Positions 11,592 to 31,159 of a stretch of 64,000 bases of DNA are shown piece by piece (positions within the stretch are counted from its first letter, which is position 1; each line of letters opens with the position of its first letter). The notes under the pieces were generated by a model, which searched no databases, was not told the origin of the DNA, and worked only from the letters and a program-made list of their open reading frames with translations. Both the position numbers and the translations under genes were made by a program. Where the stretch lies: the NCBI RefSeq assembly GCF_009914755.1, contig NC_060926.1. One strand, 5' to 3'. The stretch is from the human T2T-CHM13v2.0 reference genome, Homo sapiens.

Positions 11592-11980
11592 TAGTCATGT
11601 GCTGCGTAATAACTTTTTGGTCAGCCATGGACTGCTCACATGAGGGTGGTCCCATCAGATTATAATGGAGCTGAAAAATTCCTTTTGCCCAGTGAGGTAG
11701 TGGTCATAACATCCTAATGAAATACATTACCTTTTCTATGTTTAGATATGTTTAAATACACTTATCCTCATGTTACAGTTGCCTACAGTATTCAGTACAG
11801 TAACATGCTGTTCAGGTTTGTAACCTGACAACAATAGGTATACCCTGTAGACTAAGTGTGTAGTAGGCTATACCATCTAGCTTTGTGTAAGTACCCTCTA
11901 TGGTGTTCACACAGTGGTGAAATCGCCTGAAGATGTGATGCATTTCTCAGGATGTATCCTTGTTGTTGAGCGACACATGT
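11592..11980 (+). mobile_element. Tigger3-type (TcMar-Tigger) MITE in POLE4 intron 3
   Basis: AGTCATGTGCTGC...GGTGGTCCCATCAGATTATAATGG start and GCGACACATG end. Confidence 0.75.
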
Positions 11981-14345
11981 ATTTTGATTGAATAGCTTAG
12001 CAAAAGCCATGTATCCTTATTCTCCCAGGGTGTTCTCATTACCTCCTTCAAGCCTTATTACCTTTAGAAATATCTTGATTTATTCCACTCTTTTTTACTC
12101 CTTTGTTCTGCATCTCCCTGTCAACCTAGGCCCCTGGTCCTTTTGATAGATATTTTTTAAATGTCTTATTAGATAGATAGACTACCATGGCCAACTCTAT
12201 GTCTAGACTATTGAGCATTCTTTTAATTTGCAGATTTTTCTTCAGCCTCTCTTTCCACCTACTCATTTTTCTTAAAATTAACTTTTGTTAGTCCTACCTA
12301 AGGCAGGCACTCCTTGTGACAGACTTTCTGTAAGTTCTGCAGTCAAAAATGTTTGGAGCCTACTTTACCTCTTCATTTTTAATTACCAGCTTTTCAAAGA
12401 CATGAGTGATATGATCAGATTTGTATTTTAAGTGCACAACATTGCTGCCCTGGGGAAAATAAACTGGAGGGTACTAGGAATAGAAGTGGGGTGGTCTTAT
12501 GTAGTTTTCCACTCTAGCCTCTATCACAGCATAGTGCTTAGCTTGGATTTTTAATAAATGGCCATTTATTGAATGATTGGTGTGTTTATTTTCATCCTCT
12601 GCCTTCATCCTCATTTGTCTCTGTAATTGAATCCCTTTGCTCTGTCCTACATTGGTAGATCTGAATGTTAGCCATCATAGCCCCTGTGGATTCAGTCTGC
12701 ATTATATTATTTTTTACTGGGTAAAATAAATGTTCTTATGTCCTTAGGTGTGTATGGTCTAAGTAAATACATTTTTTTCGTTTTTATAATACATATCCAT
12801 ACTTGAAAATCAAATCGTTACCTAATGGCTTATAATGAAGTACAGCTGCCGTCCACCCACTGTTTTGTTTGTGTTTTGAGCTTTTCTGGTGGTTACGTTT
12901 ATTTCTAACTAATATGCTTACCCATTGGTTTGTCAGCTGTAGACGGTATGTATTGACTTCCTGCTGTGATAAATGAAGATTTGGCTAACCTGTAGAACCC
13001 CATAAATCCCCTGCTGTCTTTCTGATTTTTGGTAGTTGTATCACTAGTTTTAGTTTCTTTACCTTTACAGTTTATATAACATACTAGGATGTCTTTGGTT
13101 GTTGTGTCCAATTTTTAATGTATTCCTTGACTCCCCAGTTTGTAAAGTATGACTATTAGTGCATGTATCCCTTTTCCCTTTCTAGTTCACATCTAGCTAT
13201 CAATTTGTGTTATCTAGTAATTTGACATTGTCAAAGCTAATAACATTTGTATCTTATCACAATTAAATCTTCCATGCCTTATCTCTGGTTGATTGTAGAA
13301 GTTGAAAACTAGGACTGTAAACAGTCTTTCTCTACCTTCTCTCTGTCCCTTAATTCCTCATTCAGGTCCCCTCCCTGCAAACAACTGTTACTAGTTTTCT
13401 TCTGTAATCTGGATATTTTATGCAAATATGTTTGTATGTGTATATGTATATTCTTTTTCTAAGTCATATGAAATACAACGTATGTAAAGTGTGTGCTGTA
13501 AATGTAAAGTCAATAAATGATAAAATGAACACTCTCGTAACCACCATCTTGGCCAAGAGATAGGGTATTGTCAGCCCCCAGAGTCCCACGTATATTCATT
13601 CTTCATCATACCTATTCTCATCCCCTTTCCCGACATTACTGTTTCCTAACTTTTTTGGTAATTACTTCCTTTTCTTTATAGCTTACTATATAAGCATGCA
13701 TCCCTGAACACTAAGGTTTAGTTTTGTTTTGTTGAACTCTCTGCAAATGGAACCAAACCGTATGCATTCGTTGGCCAACATCTGTCACACAACTGTTTTA
13801 AGTTAACACATTTATGAGATTCATCTGTGTGATTGCACATAACTCATTTGTTCGTGTTCCTTGCTATATGACAGTACCACAATTGAACTATTTTAATGTT
13901 GATATTTGGGAAACCTTATTTCTCCTATTATAAACAATTTGCTGTGAACAATCTTGTACATATTTCTCTAGGGTGGATGTATATGTGTGTATAAAATATA
14001 TAATACTGCTGGGACCTAGGCTATATAGAGTATTCGTATCTCCATCTTTGGCAGGTACTGCTGAACTTCCTGTATTCCAATTCACGTTCCTACCAGCAGT
14101 GCATGATAATTCCCATTGCTTCTCATTCTTACCCACACTTGGTATTACCAGAGTTTTTTATTTTTGACAAGCTGTTATTGAATGTAAGTGATAGTTGCAT
14201 GTGGTGTTAATTCGTATTGCCCTGATTGTGGGTGACATTGGGCGTCTTTTCATATACATGCCCATTTTTTTTTGAGGGGTGTCTTCTATTTTTCTGTTAG
14301 CTATTTTTGTCCTTTTTCTTATTGACTTATAAAAATGCTTGCTGT

Positions 14346-14646
14346 ATTTTATTTCATTTTTATTTATTTATTTTTTTGACGTGGAGTCTTGCTTTGTCAT
14401 CCAGGCTGGAATGCAGTGGCATGATCTCTGCTCAATGCAGCCCCCCCTCCCACGTTCAAGAGATTCTCACGTAACTGGGACTACAGGCGTGTACCACCAC
14501 GCCTGGCTAATTTTGGCATTTTTTTGGTAGAGATGGGGTTTCACTGTGTTGGCCAGGCTGGTCTCGAACTCCTGACCTCAAGTGATCTGCCTGCCTCCGC
14601 CTTCCAAGGTGCTGGGATTACAGGTGTGAGCCACTGCGCCCAGCCG
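14346..14646 (-). mobile_element. AluS (antisense, intron 3; small internal deletion)
   Basis: Antisense Alu; flanks TGCTTGCTGTATTTT / TGCTTGTTATATTTT form a degenerate TSD. Confidence 0.92.
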
Positions 14647-15871
14647 TGCTTGTTATATTTTAGATATGAATCTTTTTTAGTATATGAGACGTATCTTTTC
14701 CTGCCTTTTCACTCCTTAAAAGGTTGTCTTTTGATACGCATTAAAATATAAAGGTAATCAAATGTATCAATTTTTTTCCTTATAACTAATGCTATTTGTG
14801 TTCATTTTAGAAAATATTCCCTACTGTATTGTCATGAAGACATTCTGTATATGCTAAAATCTTTATAGTTTTGTCTTTCATAACAGTGGAGTTGAATTTT
14901 TGTGTATTGGGTTGGGGGTCCAGTCTCATTTGTGTCTTCATATTTAGATATCCGCTTGTCCATATCGTCATCTCACTGCTTTGCAGTGCTACCTTTCTTA
15001 TCAATCAAGGCTGTTTCTGGCCTTTCTGTTCTCTTCCATTGATCTATTTGTATCTCTTTTCCATTGATGGGTATTCTCACATCAGTACTATACTGTCTCA
15101 GTTATGGTAGCTTTATCTGAGAGAGCAGATCTTCCCACCTTGTTTTTTTCTAAGTATCTTTGCTATTTTTGAATCTTTGCATTTTCATGTACATTTTAGA
15201 ATCTGTCAAATTCCACAAAAAGAGATATTAATTGGGATTGTATTGAATTTATAAATTACTGTGGGGAAGAAACGATATCTTTACAATAGTGAACCTTTCA
15301 TTTTATAAATATGGTCTACTTTAACATTTATTAATATTTAGTTTTTAATAAATTATTTTACCTGAAGAAATCTTGATGTATTTTGTTAAATGTTGTTCTG
15401 TAAGTACTTAATATTTTTGATGATATTGTTAATGGTATCTTTCTAAAGAAAATTTTATTTTCTAAATATTGCTGTTTTTAGAAATATAATTGATTTTATG
15501 TTAATTTTGCAACTAGCATCTTTCTTAGCTGTTATTCTTAGTTTTTTTACTTAAAAATTTTGTTTTGATGTAGTTCTTAATAATTTGAATGACATATCTG
15601 TTGATTTTTGAATTTCTTTAATTACATAGTAGTATATCATCTGCCAATAATAATAATTTTGTGAAGTTCTTTCCAATCCTTATCTTTATATATTTTTTTC
15701 TTGCCCTACTGAACTGGCTAGAATCTCTAGTACAGTGTTGCATGGAAGTGGTAAGAGCAGGCATTTTTGACTTCCAAGGGAAAGCTTTCAGTATTTACCT
15801 AGTAATTATGCTTACTGTAGATTTTATGTAGATTTTTTAACAGATTATGAATGTTGCATCCCTGTTTATAA

Positions 15872-16253
<382 letters not shown>

Positions 16254-17262
16254 CACTTTTTATCTTATCTATTCTCTGGAAAACTTATTGAAAGATTGGA
16301 ATTATTTTGTTTTTGAATATTTGATGGAATTCAGTGATGCTGTTAGAGGGGTTGCAATGCCAAATTTGGTTATTGTATAATTTAGATTTTCTGTGTTCTT
16401 ACTGAATTTCTTCTGTCTGCTTATTTTACCTGTTTCAAAGAGTTATGTGTTAAAACTCTACTGCTATGATTATGGACTATTTCTACTTATATTTCTGGGT
16501 CTATTCTTTCATTATATATTATGAAACCATGTGATTAGATATATACAAATTTAATGTTGTTATATATTGTTGGTGATTGAGCCTTTTATATTTGTAAATT
16601 GGCTATTGTTATTTCTAACTGCTTTGAGCCCTAAAGTCTATTTTGTTTAATATTATTAAAGCTTATCAGCTTTCTTTAGTTAGTATTTATTTGCACGGTA
16701 CGGATTTTTGTAAATCTTTTAATTTTTATCTTTCCATATATTTGTGAACAGAATTTAACTGGATTATTTTCCTAAATTCAGACAGTCTGTGTCTATAACT
16801 GGAGCACGTCATTTATTTATGTTTAATGTAATTGGTCATATCTATGAGTTTGAATTCTATTGTCTTATTTTGTCCTGCTTTTTATTTGCTTGTTTTATGT
16901 TTTGTTTTTTTTTTCTCTCAATTTTTGGCCTTCTTTTGGATTATTATTTGATTTTTTTCCCTCTATCAGCTTGGAAGTTATATGCTCTATTTCTATTCTT
17001 TTAGTGATTATCAGTTACTATGTAAGTCCTTAATTTATCAAAGCCTATTTAGTACCTTTCCCCTCATTCTCAACAAATTGAGATCTCAGGATCCATTAAC
17101 TCAATTTTCAAATTCCTCGTCTCCTAATTTATGTGCTGTTATTGTCATGTATTTTTGTTTTGTCTTTGTCAATCTACATAAGGCATTTTTATTCCTGAAT
17201 TATGCAGTCAATGATATATGGATTTAGTCACATACTACCTTTGCTTTTCTTTCCTTTCTGGA

Positions 17263-17558
<296 letters not shown>

Positions 17559-20262
17559 TCCTTTCTGTATTTCCGATCCTCCATTTGTGATCATTTTCTT
17601 CTTCCTGAAATAAATCATTTAGAACTTCATTTAGTATGGTCTGGTAACTGACTCTCTCATTTTTTTCTTATGAAAATGCCTTGAATTTCATTGTTGGAGG
17701 ATAATTTGTTGAATATAAATTCTAGGTGGAAAATTATTTTCTTTTAGCACATTGAAGCTATCATTTTACTGCTTTTTTTTTTGGCTTCTATGTTTTCTAT
17801 AGAGAAATTACCTGTTTGTAATTCTTTTGAAGCTAGTTTATCCTTTTTGTTTTTTGTCTGCTTTTAAGATTTTCACTTTGATTTTCTGTGGTTTCACTCT
17901 GATGTACAGAGGTGTGGATTTCTTTTTATGTAGTTTGTTTGAGCTTCTTGAATCTATAGATTAATGTCTTTCATCTGTCCTGGAAAATTCTCAGCGAGTG
18001 TCTCTTCAGCTATTGGCTCTGCCTTGTTCTTTCCTGTGTCTCTCTCTGGGATTCCCATTAAATATATGTAAAAACTCAATCATAATTTTGCCTCTCTAGT
18101 ATGCATTCTGTGTAATTTTTTCTGATCTTCCAGTTTATTCTCTCCATTTGTCTCATTTCCTTTAAACTATTTTTTTTGTTTTTTTTTTTTAGTTTCAGTT
18201 TTTGTATTTTTCAGTACTGTGAGTTCTGTTTGGTTCCTTTCCAAATCTGTTGTCTTTTTTTTTAGCTTAATAAAGTATCAAGCAATTTTTGTGAGTACTT
18301 TTTGTTGTTCTTATTTTCTGCAGGTATTTTGAAGTTTGTCTTTTAGTTCTGTAAACATAGTAAACACAGTTGTTTTATAGTGAATGTTCCATCCAATATA
18401 TGACCTAATATTCAAAGCCTTTTGAGTTTTTTGTTTGCTAGTCTGTGCCGAATCTAACATCCATAGTCTCTTGAGACTGTCTTTTTGTCTGTTGTTTCTT
18501 TTGGTACTGTCACATGGCCTTTTATCCCCCTATATGCCTATCTTTGGATAATGGTTATTTTCTTTAAAAAGTATTTGTTAGATAAGTTGAGGCCATATGG
18601 TGATACTTTCTCCAAAGAAAATTTCCATTTGCTCCTGAAGCCACCTACAGCCATTATCAGTGCAGGACTTCTGAATCCAGATCTAAGACTTGAAGGTTTC
18701 TGGACTATCATACTGATATGAACTCAGGCTGCAGGCCTGTGAAGGGGCACTGATTAAATTCCAGTTCGTCCTTACTCTGAGGGGCAGCCTTTTGGGCTCT
18801 AGCTTAAGAAAGATGGGTGTCAGACTTCCTTACTTGGGTAGACTCAGGGATTTGACTCTTGGTTCCTTCAGCCTACACAAATAACCGCCCAGTTTCTCAG
18901 CTTTTTCAGATTGGCAGATGTCATGAGAGCAGAAGTAGCATTAGAGGCTGGGTTTGTTTTGTGTTCTTACTGTCTCTAGATTTCACATTTGCTTTTTCTT
19001 GATGTCTCTTCAATTCCTGAAGATTTCCTTTTCTTATATATTTTATTTAGCTTTCTCAGTTGATCTCAACAGGAACTTGCCATTATGAAAAGCACCTCTA
19101 TTTTTTTTTAAATTAGAAGTGTTTTTGCTTTATTTTTCTTATGTTTTTATTTTCCCTATATTATCTAGGTCATTAAAAAAAGTTTTGGTATCCTTTCAAC
19201 TGTGTAGCTTTCTTCAGATACCTGGTGATTTTCATTCTATTTAAGAATAAGGGAATAAGGCTGTTTGGTAACTGTGTGTGTGTGTATGGGATGAGGGGGT
19301 GGTTGTTGCCTGGCAGCTTTGCTTTAGGGTGAACAGGGGTGGGACCAGATGTTGTCCTGGGTGACCCCGAGGGTATGAATGCAGAATGCTTTGCTGTGGG
19401 AAGCTGGCAGTTTTAGAGGCTGTTCTAGTTTTCTCCATATAGTTCATTTGGTTCTTTAGAAGAGAGCCCTGTGATCTTTGTTTTTTTTTTTTTTCCAAGT
19501 TAGGTTTAAATGCCTGTCTTCTGGTTGTCCTGCCTGTGGGGAGGGTTGTGGGGAGATAGGGGCAACTGTTTGTCATACAGACCCTCTGGTCATTAACCCA
19601 TTTTCATCTCACATCACCATTCCTGGTGACTTGAGCCTGGAGCTTCCTCATGGTTCTTTTAGGCATATGGGCCTCCTTTTCTGCTGCAGCCCCCTCTGTT
19701 CATTCTAGGCTCCTTTTTCCTCTGCTCTATTTATAAGCATACTTTGATCAGGTTTCTGTTACTCAGTTTTTTGTTGAAATCCATTAACTGCCAGTGGGCC
19801 CCTATTTGTTGTAGATTTATACTTTTTAAACTTTTTTACCTTTTGAATGGAATCTTGGATGGGAGGGCATACGTACTTGTGGGCCCAGTCCCCCATCTGG
19901 AACTGAAACTTTCTAAAAAGATTATAAACTCTTTAATTAGAGAGTTTACCTCATTTATTTTATATTCTTTTCTTATATGGTCTTCATCAATGTTCATTAA
20001 CTAACACAACGACTTCTTAGCCCTTTTCCCACTTCTAATTCTAGCTCTTCCGACTAGTATGCTTAATTCCTAACTGCCCACCATCTGTAATGACATGTTT
20101 TCCCTGGGGATATTTTGGATGGATCATCCTCAAAATTAGTATTTTGGTCTTAGAGAACTGCTGCCAATACCGGAGCCTCTTCTGCATTAAGTTTGCCCAG
20201 CTTGTTACACTAATCCAGCTTCTGAGGTCCCCTGATATACTCATTGCTCTTTGTATGTTTAG

Positions 20263-20276
20263 GTACTTTAGATTGA
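20263..20276 (+). CDS. POLE4: POLE4 last coding exon, coding part (GTLD-stop)
   Basis: Acceptor TGTTTAG ending at 20262; GT ACT TTA GAT TGA completes ...FLEGTLD*; exon sum 213+85+42+14=354 nt = 117 aa + stop. Confidence 0.93.
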
Positions 20277-20590
20277 TTGCCGAGCGGGGCAGTTTTGTGA
20301 GCCTTCATCTGAAGCCTTCAGTTCACCCCTCTGCACAGGCCTCAGCTTTGAAGAACGGAGTCTTTGCACTTACACACACTCTTCCTGTTCTGCCTTCACC
20401 TATGCCGGGATAAGCAGAGATCTCATCAATTAGCTCTTCTCTGCAAGGTCTTCCACTGTTTCTGTCTGTCTTCCATATCAAGCCTGGATGCAGCTGCTGC
20501 TGCTTAGAGCAGAGATGAAGAAAGTGTTCTGCATAAGTGGCTTCCTGAATGATGAGGACCAGAATAAAGGTTTTTGATCAACCTCAGTCC
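20277..20590 (+). other. POLE4: POLE4 3' UTR (end approximate)
   Basis: Non-repetitive sequence between the TGA and the AATAAA at 20563. Confidence 0.8.
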
Positions 20591-20600
20591 AGTGTGTTTT
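20563..20600 (+). terminator. Polyadenylation signal AATAAA with downstream GU/U-rich element
   Basis: AATAAA at 20563-20568 followed by GTGTGTTTT at 20592-20600. Confidence 0.85.
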
Positions 20601-20824
20601 ATAATCTCGCCTTTGTTCCTACCCTGTGACTGGAGAGTCACCATACCTGGTCACAGACCTTCCTGATCTTCCCTGCCAGCCATTCTAACATACAGTCCTT
20701 TCATTAATTTTGTTCTTTTATTTTTCCAGCACATCACCAGAAAGTGGTTCCAGAATTTATGGAACACCACTTGCCCTCAGGAGTTCAAATAAATATGGTC
20801 CTAGATTGAAAGCCAGTTAAATTT

Positions 20825-20949
20825 TTTTTAAGTTTTATTTATTGACATATCCACATACTCTATATTTCACCAATTTAAAGTGTACAATTCAGTGGTATTT
20901 AGTATATTCACAAATATGTACACCAGTCATCACAGTCGATTTTAGAACA
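20825..20949 (-). mobile_element. Old L1M 3'-end fragment (host of the younger L1; continues at 24547-24860)
   Basis: TTTAAAGTGTACAATTCAGTGGTATTTAGTATATTCACA is a typical L1MB/MC 3' end; resumes with TTTCATATGAATGGAATCAT. Confidence 0.7.
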
Positions 20950-24551
<3,602 letters not shown>

Positions 24552-25049
24552 TCATATGAATGGAATCATGTAACAATGTGGTCTATTGTGTCTGGGTTTT
24601 TTCACTTTGATAATGTTTTTAAGGATTATCCATGCTATATAGCATCTACTAGTACCTCATTTTAAAAAATTGTGGTAAATTGTACATAAAGTAAAATTTA
24701 CTTTTATAACAATTCTTAAGCATATAGTGGCATTAAGTACATTCACATTGTTGTGCAACTAACCCCATCATCTATCTCCAGAACTTTAAAAATCTTCCCA
24801 AGCTGAAACTTCATACTCATTAAATAATCATTCCTCATTCCCTACATCCTGCAGTCCCTGGCTAAATTTTGGTTTGGAGGAAAGGTGTGGGTGACATAAC
24901 AGGAAGGAGGCAGAGTACCTAGAAAGTAGCAGTTAAGGAAAGCAGCAGGAAGCCTTGGACAGTGGTTCTCAAGTATTACTGGGTCATGGACCATTTTTAA
25001 AATAGTCCATGGGATTTGCTCCCTGGAATGATGCACAGATGTTCAGTAC

Positions 25050-25445
25050 TGTCACATTTAAAAAATAAGCTTTATTTTGGAGTAATACTAGATTTGCAGA
25101 AGAGTTGCAAAGGTAGTAGAGAGAAGTCTTATATGCCCCTTACCTAGTTTCCCCATTGTTAACGACATTACCAAGTACATTTGTCACAACTGAGAAACTG
25201 ACATTTATAGGTTACTGTTAACTACAGTCTATTTGGATTTCATCATTTTCTTCATTAATACTCCTTTTCTATTCCCAGATCCATGTTACTATATCACATT
25301 TACTTGTCATTTTGTCCCAGTCTTCACTGGTCTATGGCAGTTTCTTAGTCTTTCCTCATTTTTCATGACCTTGACAGCCTGAGTAGTGCTGGCTGGGTAT
25401 TCTGTAGGATCTCCCTAACTGGGGATTGTCTTGTTTTTCTTGTAA
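25050..25445 (-). mobile_element. L1M 3' fragment
   Basis: TTATTTTGGAGTAATACTAGATTTGCAGAAGAGTTGCAAAGGTAGTAGAGAG resembles L1MB/MC 3' ends. Confidence 0.65.
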
Positions 25446-25754
25446 TTAGTTCTATAACGTTGCATATGATTTTGAGCATGAAACAGACCCCAGAGGCCCT
25501 TCTGTAGGCCTCCTATTATCATTGCCAATGGGAATTTAAAAGGACATCGTGGTCCGTTTTCAAGATAAACTCAGATTACAGTTTGCAGCTCAGTGGGGTA
25601 TGAAATCAAAGTGTGTTGCCACTAGCATTTTGAAGTAGTAACAGTGTTGAATTTAGTAAAGGTAAGTGTTGTAATTGTTTCATTTACACGTGTGTACATT
25701 AGGTTATTGTGTAAAAAGTATATGGTGGGCAGAAGGGAGGCCCCCATCACCTTC

Positions 25755-26311
25755 ACCTGCTGGTGTTATGCCCCTGAATGTGTTACATTACATGACAGAT
25801 TTTGCAGGTATAAGTCATGTTACTAATCTGTTGACCTTCAAGTAGATTATCCTGGATTGTTTGTGCAGGCCCAGAGTAATTACGTGAGCTCTTAAAAACA
25901 GCTTTCCGCCAGCTGAGGGCGGAAGGGGCTGTCAGATTTAAGGCATGAAAAGGACAAGGCCTGTTGCTGGCTTTGAAGATGGAGGGGGGCATAAGGCAGG
26001 AAATGTGGGCAGATTTAGACACTGAGAGTGATGATCAGCAGTGAGGAAACAGCCTCAGTCTTACAACCACATGGAACGGAATTCTGCCGGTAGTCTGTCC
26101 AGTTGAATGTGGATTTTCCCCTCAAGCCTCCTCAGAACAGCCGGGCCAGCTGACACATTCTGACACATTTGCTTTGGCCTTGTGAAACCCCGAGCAGAGA
26201 ATCTAGTTATGCCATACTGGACCTCTGGCCTGCAGAACTCTGAGGAAAATAAGTGTCTAAGGTGCTGAATTTGTGGTAAGTTATTATAGCAGCAATAGAA
26301 AACTAATATAC
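25755..26311 (+). mobile_element. MLT1 (MaLR) solo LTR
   Basis: GATTATCCTGGATT, GGCTTTGAAGATGGAGG, end TTATAGCAGCAATAGAAAACTAATATA. Confidence 0.82.
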
Positions 26312-26509
26312 TTCTCACTGAAAGTCAAGGTAAAAAAAAAATCAGGAATACTACTGTAGTGGAAAGGATCCTGGATGGGGTCCGGGAGACACTGGTTTTC
26401 ATCCTGCTACTCATTATCTCCCATGATGTGTTAATCACTTACCCTTCCTGAGCTTTCTCTTACCAATTAAGTGGGTTATTTTAAAGTTTTTTCCACAGGA
26501 CATATTTTT

Positions 26510-27220
26510 CTTTTGTGAACTTTATTTTTTTCAGCAAAATTTACCTATTTTAGTGTGCAGCTCTGAACATTAAATACCTAAAATCACCATCACAAGGTAT
26601 AGAACAGTTACATCACCACAAAATTCCCTCATGCCACGCCTTTGTAGTCAACCCATCCCACCAATAATGTCTGTGGAAACCAGTAATCTATTGTCCCTGT
26701 GATTTTGCCACCTCCAGAATGTCATATAAATCAAATCACACAGTATGTAGCTTTTTGAGTCTGGCTTCAATTTAGCATAAGGCATTTAAGGTTCATCCAT
26801 GTTGCATGCTATCAGTAGTATGTTCCTTTTTATTGTTGAATAGTGTTTTGTTGTATGGGATGTAAGTACCACAATCTGTTTATCTGCCAATTGAAGGGCA
26901 TTTGAGACTTCCAGTTTTTAGTGATTATGAATAATGCTACTGTAACATTTGCATATAGGTTTTTGTGTGAACATCACTTTTTGTTGTCTCTTAGGTATAT
27001 AGGAGTAGGATTGCTGGATCTTATTTAAGTGTATGTTTAATTATTAAAGAAAATGCCAACTATTTTCCAAAGCGGCTGTACCATTTTGTACTTATACCAG
27101 CAGTGTTTAAGAATTTCAGTTGTTTTGCATCCATGTCAGCAGTTGGTATTAAAAATTTTTGCCATTATAATAGGTGTGTAGGGGTATTTCAATGTGGTTT
27201 TAATTTGCATTTACCAGATA
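26510..27220 (-). mobile_element. L1M (L1MB/MC-like) 3' fragment
   Basis: CCAGAATGTCATATAAAT, TTTTCCAAAGCGGCTGTACCATTTTG, GTGGTTTTAATTTGCATTT. Confidence 0.8.
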
Positions 27221-27595
27221 TGTATTATGTAAATATTTTCTCCCAGTTCCACAAGACATTAAATTTTGAAAAAAATCCTATAAATGGTTCTTAGCTGCAC
27301 TCAGCTCTGTTGGTGAGATGACTCAAATGAGGCACCTGTGCCTTCCAGGGGACTCCTCACTTTTCCACCTTTTGGTATAAGCCCCTGTGGAGAAGCAGGG
27401 CTTCCTTTGTGGTCACCAACTCCTGTGCCCTCCTCCTGCCTCAGTGTCTATCAGTCACGGGCTAATGGATCAGAAAGAGACCAGGCATTCCCAGTATATC
27501 TGACTGGGAGCACTAAAGCAGAATTTCCTGGTGGTAAAGATCATGCTTGGAGACGGGGAAAAGCAAGCTATTGAAATCTGATATTAACAGTGTGA

Positions 27596-27983
<388 letters not shown>

Positions 27984-29029
27984 TGATTTCTTCATTGTAT
28001 CTGAATCAGGGATCTGACATTCCTCATTCAAGGCTTCATATCTCTGGACATCTTAACACTTAAAGCATTTTTCTTTTTTTCCCCTAATTAGCTCAGAATG
28101 TTCTCTGTACCATCTTGTATTTTTTATACTGTTTAAAGTTTTGTGTTTCTTCTTCCTTCGTTTCCTGTAGGAAGCTAGTTTCCCTGATCAGATCTACAAT
28201 ATCTAGCTAACTTGGAATCTTCAAGAAAAATGGATGGTATGCTGTATGCATATCTGGATCAGGATGGTGAGGTAGATATGTCTCACAGTCTCTCTAATGC
28301 CTAATTTAATAAATGAGCAATCCCTGCCCCCCCCCCCACCAAGTTCATACAAATTAGCAAAATATTTTGCCCCAGCAGTCAAGGAATGGGGCACGTTGCA
28401 GTGCCACAAACTTGAACAAGCAAATAAGGAATGACATGGAAGATTCTAGAATTGAGAGGAAGTGCATGACACAGAAAGGTTTCTAAACCCGTCTGCCAGA
28501 AGTCATAACTATAAGTCACCCAAATCTTGGAGAGTTTTTATACTCTCAGTCAGGAGGAAATTAAACCAAAGGGTTGGTAGCTTTTCCCTTTTCTGACTGT
28601 GGAGAAGTGGAAAGGGTTCCTGGGGAGAAATGGGTGAAGCAGATGGAGATGAACTCTTCAGTGGATGTGAGGGCTATAGGCTAAGCTAGAGGATGCATCT
28701 AGAGCTAAGGGGATGGAATGTAGCTCCAAGTAGGCGGAGTAAATCCTAGTACTGTGTGTTAAACCTCCAAGATGGCACACCTTCTAAGCTGAATCGTCCC
28801 TCTCCACTCACCATACCTTCAGGTCAGGTATATAGAAATACATAGAAGCGCCCTCAAACTGCAGCTCAGTTGAGAGCACAAATTGACCTCAGGTGTAGTG
28901 GAAAGTAAAGTGGCCAAGAAAATGGATGCCGGAGCCAGAATCCCTAGTTTCTTATCTGCTACTTAGGAGGCATTCGAGAAAGGAGACTCTGTGAGACATA
29001 TCCACTTCACCATTAAGAGATTAAGTTAC

Positions 29030-29326
29030 GGCCGGGCGCGGTGGCTCACACCTGTAATCCCAGCACTTTGGGAGGCCGAGGCGGGCTGATCACGAGGTCG
29101 GGATATTGAGACCAGCCTGGCCAATATGGTGAAACCCCGTCTCTACTAAAAATACAAAAAATTAGCCGGGCGTGGTTGCGGGCGCCTGTAGTCCCAGCCA
29201 CTCAGGAGGCTGAGGCAGGAGAATGGCGTGCACCCAGGAGGCGGAGCTTGCAGTGAGCCGAGATAGCGCCACTGCACTCCAGCCTGGGCGACAGAGCGAG
29301 ACTCTGTGTCAAAAAAAAAAAAAAAA
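29030..29326 (+). mobile_element. CpG-rich Alu (S/Y mosaic-like) inserted in a MIR
   Basis: GGCCGGGCGCGGTGG start; perfect TSD AGATTAAGTTAC at 29018-29029 and 29327-29338; MIR core CTGTAAAATGGGAATAG...GTGAGGATTAAATGAG follows. Confidence 0.96.
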
Positions 29327-29838
29327 AGATTAAGTTACTTAAACAAGTTACTTAATTTCTTTGTGCTGAAACTTTCTAATCTGTAAAATGGGAATAGTGA
29401 TAATACCTCAGGATTCTTGTGAGGATTAAATGAGTTAATATATGGAAAGCTCTTAGAACAGCACCTGGCACATATTAAGTGCCATATAGTTGTGTCAGGT
29501 AATATTGTTATTATTATATCACAGCAAAATGGAAAGACTGCCCAAACATGAGCAGAGTGAAAAGAAATAGCACAACTATATAATAAGCAAGAGCAAAACC
29601 AAAAAGTGTCCAAAGGCAAGGAGCCCAGTCTAGAAGAAAGCATAGTCCAAGGTACAGAAGAAAATTCCTCCTGAGTGTTTGAATTACAGAATAGTAACAT
29701 CATAAACTCAATGAAACAAGCCCAAAAGCTAACTAATACGTAAAGAAATGAAGGGGAGGTTGCAGACCTCACTTTTCATTGCCAGTCAATTTATATTCTC
29801 TAAAACGGAAACATGGTTTAAAAAAAAGCTTGAATTTC

Positions 29839-30149
<311 letters not shown>

Positions 30150-31159
30150 TTAAAAATAGCTTGAATTTCTTAAATTTTTATAGTCTCTTAACCTTCAAGG
30201 AGTGTGTTCAGAAATCATTTTTCTTATGCCAAAGAAACATTCGAAGTCCAGCATAAAGTTCATTTTCACTTGGAGCTTTTCCTTCTGTTAAATTTTCTTC
30301 TAAAGGCAACTTTAGTATTTTGTAATTAAAATAGCAGGTGTTGTATTATTTTATGTAAGTATTTCTGTTTACCTGTCTGCTCATTCTACCCATCTTTCTC
30401 TCATGGAAGTATGTGTAAAGTGATTTTTACTTAATGATGGTTATTTCTAGGTGGTGCAATTTTTTTTAATCCTTTGTCTGTATTTTTTTCTGCATTGCTT
30501 AGTATATGATGCACATTGTTGTGTTGTGAGGAGGGACCAGAAGAACTAGGAGGAGATTGGAAAAACTTTGTGATACTAGGCTGGGACTAAACAGTAAATC
30601 TCTGAGCTGGCCCTGAGATTGCTTGTCCCAGTGTTGCCTATTGGTTTCCCAAGAGCGATAAAATCTCCCAATTTTCTGGAAGCCAGTTTACACTTTTTTT
30701 TCTCTGTGTTCTCTGGGACCTGGGAGGTGATAGCTCCTCTTGGACAATGATCTCTGTTCCAGTACAGGAGTTAGAGCCCCAAAGGCAACAAGGATCTCAC
30801 TTGTAGAGTGCTACAATATGCCAGGCATTCTCATGATGCATTATTATTCCCACATCACAGAAGAGGAAGTAGGCTCAGAGATATTAAAAGAGTGAGCTTG
30901 AATGCTCACAAGTGCAACTTCCTCTTAAATGGTTCAGAATAAAAATTTCAGTGATAATATAGTATAGGTAATAAAGAGAGTGAGAAATTAAGTGGTGGAG
31001 CCTAGCCTGAACTGTAATTCCATGATTCCACCCCCCTCATTCTCTAGGAATGACCTGCATTCAGCCACAAATGTCTTCTAGGTTTTCTGCACAGACTGCA
31101 TTGGGCCCAGATAGGTTGGAGAAAGTTGTCTTTTTGAGCCCCTAGCCTCATTGAAGAAG

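Noticed and set aside
20255-20270. AG/GTACTT at the last acceptor as a recursive splice site
   Set aside because: Weak donor match, explained by the Gly-Thr codons; no downstream exon is evident
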